Source: an uncultured Planctomycetota bacterium (GTDB lineage Bacteria > Planctomycetota > Planctomycetia > Isosphaerales > Isosphaeraceae). Taken from it: DNA of 64,000 nucleotides. The stretch covers positions 1,568,001-1,632,000 of the forward strand of contig CAVTTN010000002.1 in the NCBI GenBank assembly GCA_963737655.1, written 5' to 3'. Positions 29,347 through 39,191 of this stretch are shown piece by piece. The notes beneath the pieces are model-generated. The model did not search any database and was not told the DNA's origin. It saw nothing but the letters and a program-made list of their open reading frames with translations. The translations under genes were made by a program, and so were the position numbers. The number at the start of each line of letters is the position of its first letter. Within the stretch, counting starts at the first letter, position 1.

Positions 29347-31370
29347 CACGAGGCGGCCTCCGCGAGCCGAGGGGGGGGCGGCATCAAGCCCGTCGTCGCC
29401 GGCTTCGGGGCCTTCGGCAGGCACAGGGCGGCCTCGGCGAGCATGGCCACGATCATGGCCGCCAGGAACAGCCGCCAGACCTCCTGGATCAGGGAGCCGA
29501 GGCTGCCGGCGCGGTCGTCCACCCGGCTGAAATCCAGCCCTCGGAACAGCGCCTCGACCTTCCCATCCGCCAGGACGGCCGCCGAATCCTCGGCCTCCGG
29601 CCGGTTGATCGCCAGGAGCCGATCGCCCGATTGATAGACGCCCGGGAGGATCGGCGAATCGGTCGAAAGGCCGTCCGCGGGGCCGGCCAGGCGCTTCCAC
29701 GACGCCGGGTCTTCGCCGACGATCGGCTCGCCGGCCGAGACCTGGCGGGTCGGCCCGAGCGAGGCCGCGCCGGAGGCCATCGCCCTCTGGAGGAGGACGT
29801 ACAGGACCACGCCCTCGGTCGCCATCGACGACGAATCCGGGCCCGGGTTCGTGGCGAGGAACCAGACGCCCCGCCGGCTCGCCGAGGAAGCGAGCAGCGG
29901 GGCGCCACCTCGGAGGGTCGCCCGAGGCGTCCGCTCGCCCGAGATCCCGCACGCCCGGCGGACCTTCAGCGACCCGACCGGCAGGGCCGCCCCGCTCTGG
30001 GTGTTCGCCAGGAGGCCCGCGTCTCCTCTCCAGGATTCGACCGTGCCTTCGGGCTTGAGATCGCTCCACGACGTCCACGAAATCCCGGCGAACCGGGCCG
30101 GATTCGGGCTCTTCGGGGGCAGGAACAGGACCGAGCCGCCGCGATCGGCCAGCGCCTCGACCCGTTTCGCCGAGTCCCCTTCGGGCAAGGGGGCCTGCCA
30201 GACGAGCAGGGCCACGCGGTCCCAGTCGACCGTGGCCAAACCGTCCGGCGCGACGACCTCGGCCGATTCGGGCACGCCCGGATCGGGCGAGATCGACGCC
30301 GCGAGCCGGATCGGCAAGGCCGTCGCCGGGTCCTCGGCCACGATCACCGCGAGCCTCGGCTCGGGCTTCGCGAAGGTGAAGAAGAACTCGTTGTCGGCCG
30401 GGTTGGTGTCGGCCGGGATCGAGACCTTGCCCCAGCCTCGATCGAGGTTCGACCCCAGGGGGATGCGGTGCTCCTTCACCTCGGCGCGATTGCCGGCGAT
30501 CTCGACGGGGACCTCGGTCCTCGCCCCGCCGATCTCGAACTGGATGGGGACGGTCGCGCGGAAGGACGGGTCCTCCGGCCCCTCGCGCTTCAGGCTCAGC
30601 GAGACGAGCAGTTCGGAGGCGTCGCCGGCCTTCTGCCTCTTCGCCTCGGTCACGCGGACCGAGAGGTTGCCGGGGGCGGCCTGGGGATAGGCCAGCAAGT
30701 GGAACCGGACGGCCTGGGGGAACTCGCGGAAGCTCTCGCGGAGGGCCTGCCACCGGCCGCTCTCGGCGTTCCAGTCGTTCTCGCGGAGGTCGGAGAGGAC
30801 CCAGACCTCGGTCCGGCCCGGCTTGTTCGAGCGGATGTAGTCGCGGGCCGAGCCGAGCATAGCGGGGAGGTCCGACGGCGAGGCGACCCCCTCGACCGCG
30901 GGGGACGAGGCGAGGACGTCGATCGAATCAATCTCCCTCGCCGCGTTCGTCCCGCCTTCGATCAGGACCCACCGGGCCGAGCCGATCGTCTTCAGGGCCG
31001 AGGCGAGCTGGCGGCGGCCCGTCTCGAGCTTGGAGCCGCCGTCGCCGTCCCCCTTCTGGGCCAGGCTGGGGGAGCGATCGACCAGGACGATGGTCGTCTC
31101 CGGCCTCCCCCCGCCGGCCCGGCCGACCCAGCCGCCGGCCAGCGGGCGGCTGATCGCGAAAATCAGCCCGGCGAGGGCCAGCATCCTCATGGCGAGGATC
31201 AAATACTGGCGGAGCCTGGCATAGCCGCGAGACATCCGGTTGGCGGCCAGGAGGAACATCATCGCGGCCCAGCGGACGGTCTGGAACCGCCTCTGGTTGA
31301 TCAGGTGGATCAGGATCGGCAGCCCGATCAAGGGCAGGGCCACCAGGAGGAACGGCTGGAGGAAGCTCAT
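29346..31370 (-). CDS. BatA N-terminal domain / vWA protein
   Basis: MSFLQPFLLVALPLIGLPILIHLINQRR..VRWAAMMFL (BatA double TM); VLVDRSPS MIDAS; LSDL; C-terminal TM. Confidence 0.9.
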   Translation of the reverse strand: MSFLQPFLLVALPLIGLPILIHLINQRRFQTVRWAAMMFLLAANRMSRGYARLRQYLILAMRMLALAGLIFAISRPLAGGWVGRAGGGRPETTIVLVDRSPSLAQKGDGDGGSKLETGRRQLASALKTIGSARWVLIEGGTNAAREIDSIDVLASSPAVEGVASPSDLPAMLGSARDYIRSNKPGRTEVWVLSDLRENDWNAESGRWQALRESFREFPQAVRFHLLAYPQAAPGNLSVRVTEAKRQKAGDASELLVSLSLKREGPEDPSFRATVPIQFEIGGARTEVPVEIAGNRAEVKEHRIPLGSNLDRGWGKVSIPADTNPADNEFFFTFAKPEPRLAVIVAEDPATALPIRLAASISPDPGVPESAEVVAPDGLATVDWDRVALLVWQAPLPEGDSAKRVEALADRGGSVLFLPPKSPNPARFAGISWTSWSDLKPEGTVESWRGDAGLLANTQSGAALPVGSLKVRRACGISGERTPRATLRGGAPLLASSASRRGVWFLATNPGPDSSSMATEGVVLYVLLQRAMASGAASLGPTRQVSAGEPIVGEDPASWKRLAGPADGLSTDSPILPGVYQSGDRLLAINRPEAEDSAAVLADGKVEALFRGLDFSRVDDRAGSLGSLIQEVWRLFLAAMIVAMLAEAALCLPKAPKPATTGLMPPPPRLAEAAS

Positions 31371-32284
31371 CGCAGGGAGCCTCCCTTGCCCCGGGCCCGG
31401 CCGACGAGGAAGCGGATCAGGGCCTGTTCATAGTCCTCGTCGATCCCGATCCGGTGGTAATCGACGGCCGACTCGCGGACGACTTGCTTCACGCCGTCGA
31501 GGTAGATCTCCAGGGCCTTCCGGTAGCGGTCGGCGATCTCGCTGGGCTCGGCGAAGATCGACGGGCCGCCCTCCATGTCGAGGAACCGCGTGGGGCGGCG
31601 GAAGTCGAAGCCGATCTCCTGGGGGTCGAGCAGGTGGAACACCGCCAGGTCGTGGCGGCGGAACCGCAGGTGCTCGAAGGCGCCCTTCAGCTCGCCCGGC
31701 TCGACGAAGAGGTCGGAGATCACCACGACCAGGGCCCTCTGGCGGATCGTCTCGGCGAGCTCGTGGAGGACCGGGACGATCTGCGTGGGGCCCTTGGGGC
31801 GGGTCTCTTCGAGGACGTCGAACAGGCTCATCAGGTGGGCCGGGTTCCTCTTGGGCGGGATGTTGCGGACGAGCCCGCCGGCCACGCACGAAAGGCCGAC
31901 GGCGTCCCCCTGCTGGAGGGCCATCTGGCCGAGGGTGGCGGCGATCCTCCGGGCGTACTCGATCTTGGTGATCGGCCCCGAGCCGAAATCCATCGAGCCC
32001 GAGGTGTCCAGGACGAGGCAGAGCCGGAGGTTCGTGTCGGCCTCGAACTCCTTGATGAAGTAGCGATCCGAGCGGCCGAAGGCCCGCCAGTCGAGGCGCC
32101 GGAGGTCGTCCCCGGCGACGTATTTCCGGTACTCGGCGAACTCGACGGAGGAGCCGCGATGGGGGCTGGGGTGCCGGCCCGAGACGTTCCCCTGCATCGG
32201 CTTGCGGGCCATCAACGGGAACCCCGCCAGCCGGGACAGCACGGCCGGATCGACGAAGCTCCGGGCGGGGCGGTCGGGGAACAT
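31367..32284 (-). CDS. DUF58 domain protein
   Basis: GSSVEFAEYRKYVAGDDLRRLDW, VLDTSGSM, VISDL. Confidence 0.93.
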   Translation of the reverse strand: MFPDRPARSFVDPAVLSRLAGFPLMARKPMQGNVSGRHPSPHRGSSVEFAEYRKYVAGDDLRRLDWRAFGRSDRYFIKEFEADTNLRLCLVLDTSGSMDFGSGPITKIEYARRIAATLGQMALQQGDAVGLSCVAGGLVRNIPPKRNPAHLMSLFDVLEETRPKGPTQIVPVLHELAETIRQRALVVVISDLFVEPGELKGAFEHLRFRRHDLAVFHLLDPQEIGFDFRRPTRFLDMEGGPSIFAEPSEIADRYRKALEIYLDGVKQVVRESAVDYHRIGIDEDYEQALIRFLVGRARGKGGSLR

Positions 32285-32409
32285 GGGCGGCTCCGGATCA
32301 CTTCATGGCGGGCGGCGACTTCGTCGAAAACCTCGTTCCCACCCTGCCGTGGGAACAACGAGGGAGGGACACGCAAGGAAGAGGATGGCGGCCGTCGGCC
32401 GCCTCACGC

Positions 32410-32433
32410 GATGGTGCATTTCATGCACCCTAC
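32410..32433 (-). repeat. GTAG-type REP, family A (GTAGGGTGCATGAAATGCACCATC)
   Basis: Identical to 35309-35332; internal palindrome GGTGCAT/ATGCACC; its TAG is the moxR stop codon. Confidence 0.75.
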
Positions 32434-33458
32434 ATCTCGGTCTCCTCGACCAGGCGGCGGACGATCTTCTTGGCGTCGATCCCCTCGGCCTGGGCGGCGA
32501 AGGTGGTGATCACCCGGTGGGTCAGGACCGGCAGGGCGACTTCCTGGACGTCCTCCAGGCGGGCCATGTAGCTGCCGTGGAGCGCGGCCCTCGCCTTGGC
32601 GCCGAGGATCAGGTACTGGACGGCCCTCGGCCCGGCGCCCCAGGACACCAGGGGCTTCAGCCAGCCCGGCGCCGTCGATCCGCCGGGCCGGGTCTTCCTC
32701 ACGAGCCGGGCGGCATAGGTGTAGATGTGATCGGGCACCGGCACCCGGCGGACCAGGTGCTGGTAGCCGATGACCTCCTCGGGCGAGAGCAACGCGCGGA
32801 GGCCGGGCAGGGCGTCTCCGGTCGTCGTCCGGGCGATCTGGACTTCCTCGGCCTCCGAGGGATAATCCAGCTCGATCAGGAACATGAAGCGGTCGAGCTG
32901 GGCCTCGGGCAGGGGGTACGTGCCCTCCTGCTCGACCGGGTTCTGGGTGGCCAGGACGAGGAACGGCGGGTCGAGCTTGAACGTCCGGCCGACGACCGTG
33001 ACGTTCTGCTCCTGCATCGCCTCCAGCATGGCCGCCTGGGTCTTCGGTGGGGCCCGGTTGATCTCGTCGGCGAGCACCATGTTGGCGAAGACCGGCCCGT
33101 GGACGAACTGGAACTCGCGGCGGCCGGCGTCGTTGTCCTGGAGGATGTCCGTCCCGGTGATGTCCATCGGCATCAGGTCGGGCGTGAACTGGATCCGGCT
33201 GAACTTCAGCGACATCGTCTCGGCGAGCTTGCTCACCAGGAGCGTCTTCGCCAGGCCCGGGACGCCCATCAACAGGGCGTGCCCCCGGGCGAACAGGCAG
33301 GTGGCCAGGCGGTCGATCACGGCGTGCTGGCCGACGATCACCCGGGCGAGCTCGGCCTTGAGCCGGTCGTGGACGCCTCGGAGCTGGTCGATGGCCTGAA
33401 CGTCGTCGTCGCTGAGCCGCTCGTGGGGGGCGTCCGGGGGAATCGCCGAGGGCGGCAT
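32430..33458 (-). CDS. moxR: MoxR family AAA+ ATPase
   Basis: GVPGLAKT, RIQFTPDLMP, LADEINRAPPKTQAAMLEAM, ATQNPVEQEGTYPLPEAQLDRF. Confidence 0.96.
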   Translation of the reverse strand: MPPSAIPPDAPHERLSDDDVQAIDQLRGVHDRLKAELARVIVGQHAVIDRLATCLFARGHALLMGVPGLAKTLLVSKLAETMSLKFSRIQFTPDLMPMDITGTDILQDNDAGRREFQFVHGPVFANMVLADEINRAPPKTQAAMLEAMQEQNVTVVGRTFKLDPPFLVLATQNPVEQEGTYPLPEAQLDRFMFLIELDYPSEAEEVQIARTTTGDALPGLRALLSPEEVIGYQHLVRRVPVPDHIYTYAARLVRKTRPGGSTAPGWLKPLVSWGAGPRAVQYLILGAKARAALHGSYMARLEDVQEVALPVLTHRVITTFAAQAEGIDAKKIVRRLVEETEM

Positions 33459-33592
33459 AGGTCGCTCCGTGCCGAGGATTGCCGGGCCGAGGGCCTCCGC
33501 GCCGTCGGTCTCCTACGGATTTCAGAGAGTAATCGACCGGACCGAGCGAGGCAAGCGGCCGGCCCGGAAGTTTTCGAGAGGGCGAGCGCTCC

Positions 33593-33634
33593 GTCGGGTG
33601 GCATGCTCACGTCTTCGTGAGCATGCCACCCGAC
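33593..33634. repeat. Palindromic REP-like hairpin, family B
   Basis: GTCGGGTGGCATGCTCACG-TCTT-CGTGAGCATGCCACCCGAC, a perfect 19-bp stem; related to 49632-49718. Confidence 0.75.
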
Positions 33635-33644
33635 CGACCTGGAT

Positions 33645-35198
33645 TTATTGTGGCTTCTTCAGCTCGATGACGATCTCCGCGCCGCCGGTCTCGGCCTCGG
33701 CGAAGCCGATCGCGTTGGGCTGCTGCATGCGCCCCGTGATCTTGTAGCGGCCCTTTTCCACCGGGCCGAGGCGGAACTTGCCGTCCTCCCCGGTGTTGAG
33801 GAACAGGTTCGCCTTCGAGGGGACGACCATGGCCCCGCCGCCGGGCAACACGCGCTGGACCCATCCGACGGTGGCGTTGGCGACCGGCTTGCCGTCGTCG
33901 CCGACGACCCGGCCGGCGAGGTATTCGCCGTCCTTCGCCACGATCTTGACCCTGGTGACGGCCCCGGCCTTCGTGGCGGCGTTCGCGGAGGCGTCCAAAA
34001 GCGCCTTGGGCCGGGCTGTAACCAGGATGGCCGCTTCGGGCAGGTTCGCGGCCCGGAACTTGCCGGCGGCGTCGGTCGTCTCGACCTGGGCCGAGAGGCC
34101 CGAGGCGGCCTGGGCCTGGATCGTCACCTCGGCACCAGCCACCGGCTTGCCCTCCTGATCGACGACCTCGCCTTCCAGGACGCAGCCCGGCTCCAGGGTG
34201 ATCTCCCAGCCCGGCCCGAGGAGCTCGTTCTGCTGGTAGCCCTTCTGGCGGGTCCGATAGTTCGGGTGGGAGGCCGAGAGCCAGTGGGCCATCGGCACGT
34301 TCTCGACCTCCGGCCCCACGCCCCGGAAGGCCCAGTTCCCCTGGGCGTCGGTCCGGGTCTTCAGGGCCACGCTGAACGGGAACTGGACCGGGGTTCCCGA
34401 CGGTTCGGGTCGGCCGACCGTCCCGGGGGGGACCATCAGCTCCAGCTCGACGCCCTCGATCGGCTTGCCCCGGGTGTCGATGACCCGCCCCCGGAACCAG
34501 ACTTCCTTCGGCATCCGGAAATCGACCCGTTGCGACTCGCCCAGGGTGGTCCATTCGATGGTCGTGGCGGTCAGGGCGTGGCCGGGGGCCTCGACGTAGA
34601 CGGCCATCTGGGTCGGCCCGCGGACCTTGCGGAACTTCAGGACGTATTCCCCCTGGGCGTCGGTCCGGGTCTCCATCCCCGAGAACACCGAGATCACCGC
34701 GCCGGCGATCGGCCGGTTGGTCTCGGCGTCGATCACCCGGCCTCGGATCGTCTTGCGGGGGGCGGCCTCGCGTTCGAGGTCATCGCGCATCGACTCGAGG
34801 ACCGTGGCCGGCTCCTCGCTCGGCCCGGTGCTCACGGCCCGGTAGATCAGGGTCCGGGAGTCGGCCGGCTTGCCGGTGAGGTCTTTCGCCAGGGCGTCGA
34901 GCCGGGCGACGAACGCGGGGTCGGCGAGGCTGGCCTTGAGGTCGTCGAGCTTCCGGCTCGGGGCCAGCTTCGGGCGATAGAGGGCGTCGATCCGATCGAC
35001 GAGCTCGGGAGTGACGGGATCTCGGCCGAGGTCACGCAAGAGGGCCTCGATTTGTGCTCTCGTCGGCGCGGCGGAGGCGCCGGGGAGGCCGTCCTTTTCC
35101 TCGTCCTGGCCCCGAGAGGCGACGGCCGAGCCGGTCAGGACGATCAGAGCGAGCAGAATCCGGGCCGATCGCGGCCCGGGGCGAACGGGGAGGGTCAT
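33645..35198 (-). CDS. Exported protein with carboxypeptidase-regulatory-like domain repeats
   Basis: ATG 35198 after GGAAGGAG; signal peptide; repeats IRGRVIDAETNRPIAGA, FRGRVIDTRGKPIEGV, LEGEVVDQEGKPVAGA, LAGRVVGDDGKPVANA with TDAQG motifs. Confidence 0.85.
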   Translation of the reverse strand: MTLPVRPGPRSARILLALIVLTGSAVASRGQDEEKDGLPGASAAPTRAQIEALLRDLGRDPVTPELVDRIDALYRPKLAPSRKLDDLKASLADPAFVARLDALAKDLTGKPADSRTLIYRAVSTGPSEEPATVLESMRDDLEREAAPRKTIRGRVIDAETNRPIAGAVISVFSGMETRTDAQGEYVLKFRKVRGPTQMAVYVEAPGHALTATTIEWTTLGESQRVDFRMPKEVWFRGRVIDTRGKPIEGVELELMVPPGTVGRPEPSGTPVQFPFSVALKTRTDAQGNWAFRGVGPEVENVPMAHWLSASHPNYRTRQKGYQQNELLGPGWEITLEPGCVLEGEVVDQEGKPVAGAEVTIQAQAASGLSAQVETTDAAGKFRAANLPEAAILVTARPKALLDASANAATKAGAVTRVKIVAKDGEYLAGRVVGDDGKPVANATVGWVQRVLPGGGAMVVPSKANLFLNTGEDGKFRLGPVEKGRYKITGRMQQPNAIGFAEAETGGAEIVIELKKPQ

Positions 35199-35258
35199 GG
35201 GCGAGGCTCCTTCCGGGCCGCGACGTCGGGGACGGCATGGATGGACGTTTTCGATCAT

Positions 35259-35332
35259 GTTGGGTGCATGAAATGCACCATCTTTCTTCCGTTTTCGCCA
35301 TGACCGAAGATGGTGCATTTCATGCACCCTAC
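35259..35332. repeat. REPIN-like doublet of family A REPs
   Basis: GTTGGGTGCATGAAATGCACCATCTT (35259-35284) is inverted to AAGATGGTGCATTTCATGCACCCTAC (35307-35332); overlaps the permease stop TAG. Confidence 0.8.
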
Positions 35333-36234
35333 GAGCCGGGCGTCTTCACCCGGAATTCCCGGGTCCTCATCAGGATGCACGACACCGCGACGGCCGACAC
35401 GATCGCCAGGCCCACGCTCAGGAGGCATTCGCCCGAGCTCGGCGCCAGGTCCAGGTCGATCCCGTACGTCATCTTGGGTCCCGGGGTGTTCCAGACCTCC
35501 GACAGACCCATCCACCGCTCCGAAAGCACCCGGAAATAGTAGATCACCGTCGCCTTGCGGATCACGAAATCGATGTTGGCGACCACCCCTTCGAGGACGA
35601 CGATGTAGCCGATCCCCACCACCAGCGCCCTCTTCATGATCAGGCTGAGGAAGCCGAACACGGCGTCGTACGCGGCGATCGAGAGCGAGAACAGGGCGAT
35701 CGTCTTGCCCATCCGCATCGGGCCTCCGCTGGACCCGTACTCCGGCTGGCCCCAGCCGATGGCCAGGTACGTCAGGGCCGTGAAGATCGCCACCAGGCCG
35801 ATCGTCACGACCAGGGTGGCCAGGAACTTCGCCGCGAAGATCGACCAGCGGGGCAGGGGGCGGATCAACAGGTAGGTGATCGTCTGCTCCTCGATCTCGT
35901 CCTGGATCATCCCCGAGGCGAAGACCAGGGCCGTCAGCGGGACCAGCGCCTGGGGGATCAGGTTGAAGACCAGGAGGAACTCGGCGAACGTGGGCTCGTA
36001 GCCCGAATGCGGGCCCTTCCAGCCCGAATCGTTCTGGCGGATCAGGACCACGAAGGCGATGGGCAGGAGGTACAGGGCGGCCAGGACCAGGGCCCGCCGG
36101 GACCGGGCCTGGCGGACCAGGGTCATCGTGAAGAGGGCCGCCGCCGAGTTCCACGCCGCCAGGCGGTTGGAGATCGGCGCATCGGTCCGATCGGGGATGG
36201 TCGGGGGCGGTTCGAGGGTCGTCGCCTTCGTCAT
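35329..36234 (-). CDS. ABC-2 type transporter permease
   Basis: Multiple TM segments; ASGMIQDEIEEQTITYLLIRPLPRWSIFAAKF. Confidence 0.9.
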   Translation of the reverse strand: MTKATTLEPPPTIPDRTDAPISNRLAAWNSAAALFTMTLVRQARSRRALVLAALYLLPIAFVVLIRQNDSGWKGPHSGYEPTFAEFLLVFNLIPQALVPLTALVFASGMIQDEIEEQTITYLLIRPLPRWSIFAAKFLATLVVTIGLVAIFTALTYLAIGWGQPEYGSSGGPMRMGKTIALFSLSIAAYDAVFGFLSLIMKRALVVGIGYIVVLEGVVANIDFVIRKATVIYYFRVLSERWMGLSEVWNTPGPKMTYGIDLDLAPSSGECLLSVGLAIVSAVAVSCILMRTREFRVKTPGS

Positions 36235-37157
36235 GGGTTCACCAGGTACTTGAAGACGGCTTCGAGGTTGTCATCGTCGGAGGCGACCCGGGAGATCGGC
36301 GTGTCCGGCTCCAGGGCGATCCGGGCCAATCGGGCGTAGAAGGCGTCGGGCGAGCGGGTCTCGACGAGGATGGAATCGTCCTCGCGGTGGAGGTCCACGC
36401 CGACCACGTCGTCGAACCGGACGAGCTTGGAGGCCAGGGCCCGGGGGTCGGCCGACCCCAGGACGATCCGGTGGGGATGGGTGTCGATCAGGTCGCGGAT
36501 CTGCCGGACGTCCCCCTCGGCCACCAGCTTCCCCCGGTTCAGGAGGAGGATGTTCGACGTGACGGCCTGGACCTCGTGGAGGACGTGGCTGGAGAGCAAC
36601 AGGGATTTCCCCTCGGAGGCCAGGCGGAGGAGGATGTCCATCAGGTCGCGGCGGGCCACGGGGTCGGTGCCGGTCAGGGGCTCGTCGAGGAAGATGACCG
36701 AGGGGTCATGGACGAGCGACTGGGCGATCTTGGTCCTCTGCCTCATCCCCTTGGAATAGCCGCGGATGGCCCGGTCGCGATGGGGGGTCATGCCGACCTG
36801 CTCGATCGCGCGATCGCCCCTCTCGGCGGCCTCGCGGCGGGGGAAGCCGCCGAGGCGGGCGCAGAACCGGACGAATTCCCGGCCGCTCATCCATTCGTAG
36901 AAGGCGTCCTGCTCGGGGCAGAGGCCGATCTCCCGGTTCAGGGACGGGTCGCCCCAGGCGGGTCGGCCGAGGACCGTGACCGACCCCTGGCTCGGCCGGA
37001 GCTGCCCGGTGGCGAGCTGCAAGACCGTGGACTTCCCCGCGCCGTTGGGGCCGAGGAGGCCCGTGACCCCGGGTCGGAGGCGGAACGACAGGTGGTTCAC
37101 GCCGATCACGTTGCCGTACCACTTGGAGACGGCGAGGAACTCGGCGACCGGCGTCAT
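36231..37157 (-). CDS. ABC transporter ATP-binding protein
   Basis: MTPVAEF..., GPNGAGKST, YSKGMRQR, FLDEP, LSSH. Confidence 0.95.
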   Translation of the reverse strand: MTPVAEFLAVSKWYGNVIGVNHLSFRLRPGVTGLLGPNGAGKSTVLQLATGQLRPSQGSVTVLGRPAWGDPSLNREIGLCPEQDAFYEWMSGREFVRFCARLGGFPRREAAERGDRAIEQVGMTPHRDRAIRGYSKGMRQRTKIAQSLVHDPSVIFLDEPLTGTDPVARRDLMDILLRLASEGKSLLLSSHVLHEVQAVTSNILLLNRGKLVAEGDVRQIRDLIDTHPHRIVLGSADPRALASKLVRFDDVVGVDLHREDDSILVETRSPDAFYARLARIALEPDTPISRVASDDDNLEAVFKYLVNP

Positions 37158-38161
37158 CGGAGCCGGTCCAGCGACTTCACCCGCGTGCTCAGGACCCATA
37201 GCGACAGCCCCATCAGGCCGAGGATCACGTAAACCGCCCAGGACACCGGGAAGTCGAGCGAGAACGGGTTCGGCGGAGGCGGAGGAGGCGCCGGGGCGAA
37301 GGCCCTCCCGAACGGACCGGGGCGGGCCATCCCGGAGGCGAACGCCTTGCCCAGGGGCTCCCACGCCTGGTCGGCCCCGAGCAGGACGTCGCCGACCTTC
37401 TCCACGTCGTTGACGACCGAGACGATCGGCCCCCACTTCAGTTGCAGGCCGGTCCCCAGGACGTTCGCCGAGAACGAGCCGACCAGCCAGATCCCGATCC
37501 ACACCGCCGCCACGTACCGCGAGTTCTTCGACAGCGAGGAGATCGCCAGCATGAACAGGCCGAAGACCAGGACCACCAGCGCCCCATACGCCAGGCACGC
37601 CGGGACGATCCGGTAGGTGTCCCGGATCACGCCGAAGCCCAGGCTGAAGCCCACGCCCAGGAGGTAGGTCAGCAGGCACGGGACGATCATCACGGCCGCC
37701 AGGAACGCGGCGATCGTCCCGAGCTTGCCGGCGAAATAATCGAACCGCCTGAGGGGCCGCGAGAGGTACAGCGGCATGGCGTTGAACCGGAGGTCTTCGC
37801 TGATCAGGCTCGGGCCGACGATCACGACGAGGACCATCGCGGCGAACGTCTCGAAATGGAGGAACCGGCCGAAGGCCAGCGTCCAGATCGAGGCGCGGAA
37901 CGCCTTGGGGTCGAGCTGGGCGGCCTCGGGCAGGAACGCGAAGAAGCCGCGGAAGTCGTCGGCCTTCTGCTCGAACAGGCCCCAGAGCGCCAGGAACACG
38001 CCCAGGGCCACGGCGGGGATCCACGCGAGGATCAGGGCCACGCGGGTCCACCGGGATTTGAGCCCGGTCTTCACCCCCCGGCGGGTGATGGCGAGCCATC
38101 GCCAGCCGTGGCCCGAGAGCTTGCCGTCCCAGTGCTGATATCCCTGGTCGAAGATCGGCAC
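37154..38161 (-). CDS. ABC-2 type transporter permease
   Basis: MPIFDQGYQHW..., GPSLISEDLRFNAMPLYLSRPL; multiple TM segments. Confidence 0.9.
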   Translation of the reverse strand: MPIFDQGYQHWDGKLSGHGWRWLAITRRGVKTGLKSRWTRVALILAWIPAVALGVFLALWGLFEQKADDFRGFFAFLPEAAQLDPKAFRASIWTLAFGRFLHFETFAAMVLVVIVGPSLISEDLRFNAMPLYLSRPLRRFDYFAGKLGTIAAFLAAVMIVPCLLTYLLGVGFSLGFGVIRDTYRIVPACLAYGALVVLVFGLFMLAISSLSKNSRYVAAVWIGIWLVGSFSANVLGTGLQLKWGPIVSVVNDVEKVGDVLLGADQAWEPLGKAFASGMARPGPFGRAFAPAPPPPPPNPFSLDFPVSWAVYVILGLMGLSLWVLSTRVKSLDRLR

Positions 38162-38164
38162 GAG

Positions 38165-39079
38165 CTAGGCCCCTTTCCCGTGGATCGCCCCGAGGAAGAC
38201 TTCCTCCAGGCTGCTCTGCCTCGGGCGGAGCAGGCGGATCTGGACGTCCGAGGCGAGCGCCGCCTCCCACAAATCCGAGGTCTCCCGGCCTTCGGGGAGG
38301 TCCACGACGAGGAGGTCGTCCCGGGGCTCGACGGCCAGGCCGATCTCGACCAGACGGCCGGCCAGGCGGTTCGGGTCGGCCTTCACGCGGACCTCGAACT
38401 GCCTCCTCTCGGTCTTCTTCAGGTCCGCGATGAGTCCGCTGGCCAGGAGCTGGCCGCCGCCGAGGACCATGATCCGGTCGCACACGGCCTCGACGTCCGG
38501 CAGCAGGTGGCTGGAGAACAGGAGGCTCATCCCCTTGCGCCGGGAGAGGTCGCGGGCCAGCTCCAGGATTTCCAGGCGGCCGGCCGGGTCCATGCCGTTG
38601 GTGGGCTCGTCGAGGATCAGCATCCTCGGGTCGTGGACGATGGCCGAGGCAATCTTGAGCCTCTGCTTCATCCCGGTCGAGTACGAATCGACCTTGCGAT
38701 AGCGGGCCTCGCCCAGGCCCACGTAGTCGAGGACCTCGTGGGCCCGCTGCATCGCGTCGGTCGGCCTCATCCCGCCGAGCTCCCCGGCGTAGGCGACGAA
38801 CTCGATCCCCTCGACCCCGGGGAACAGGCATTCGTCCTCCGGGACGAAGCCGACGGCCTGGCGGATGTCCAGCCTCTTCTTGCGGACGTCCATCCCGAGG
38901 ACCTCGCCGCCCCCGGAGTTGATCTTGATCAGGCCCAGGAGGGTGCGGATCATCGTCGTCTTGCCCGCCCCGTTGGGCCCGAGCAAGCCGATCGCCCCCT
39001 CCGGCATCGCCACGCTCAAATCGCGCAACGCCGTGACCTTGCCGTACGTTTTCGTCACCCCTCGAAGCTCGAACAGCAT
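38165..39079 (-). CDS. ABC transporter ATP-binding protein
   Basis: GPNGAGKTT, YSTGMKQR, ILDEPTNGMDP, FSSH. Confidence 0.95.
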   Translation of the reverse strand: MLFELRGVTKTYGKVTALRDLSVAMPEGAIGLLGPNGAGKTTMIRTLLGLIKINSGGGEVLGMDVRKKRLDIRQAVGFVPEDECLFPGVEGIEFVAYAGELGGMRPTDAMQRAHEVLDYVGLGEARYRKVDSYSTGMKQRLKIASAIVHDPRMLILDEPTNGMDPAGRLEILELARDLSRRKGMSLLFSSHLLPDVEAVCDRIMVLGGGQLLASGLIADLKKTERRQFEVRVKADPNRLAGRLVEIGLAVEPRDDLLVVDLPEGRETSDLWEAALASDVQIRLLRPRQSSLEEVFLGAIHGKGA

Positions 39080-39191
39080 GCCCGCCCCCCTCGCCGGGTT
39101 CGATCGACCGGACGAGGATAGCCGGTCGGACCGGCCGGTTCAACGAATTTCTTAAGTGGTTCGAGGGGAAGTCGGGAAATGGGTTTTCCCC

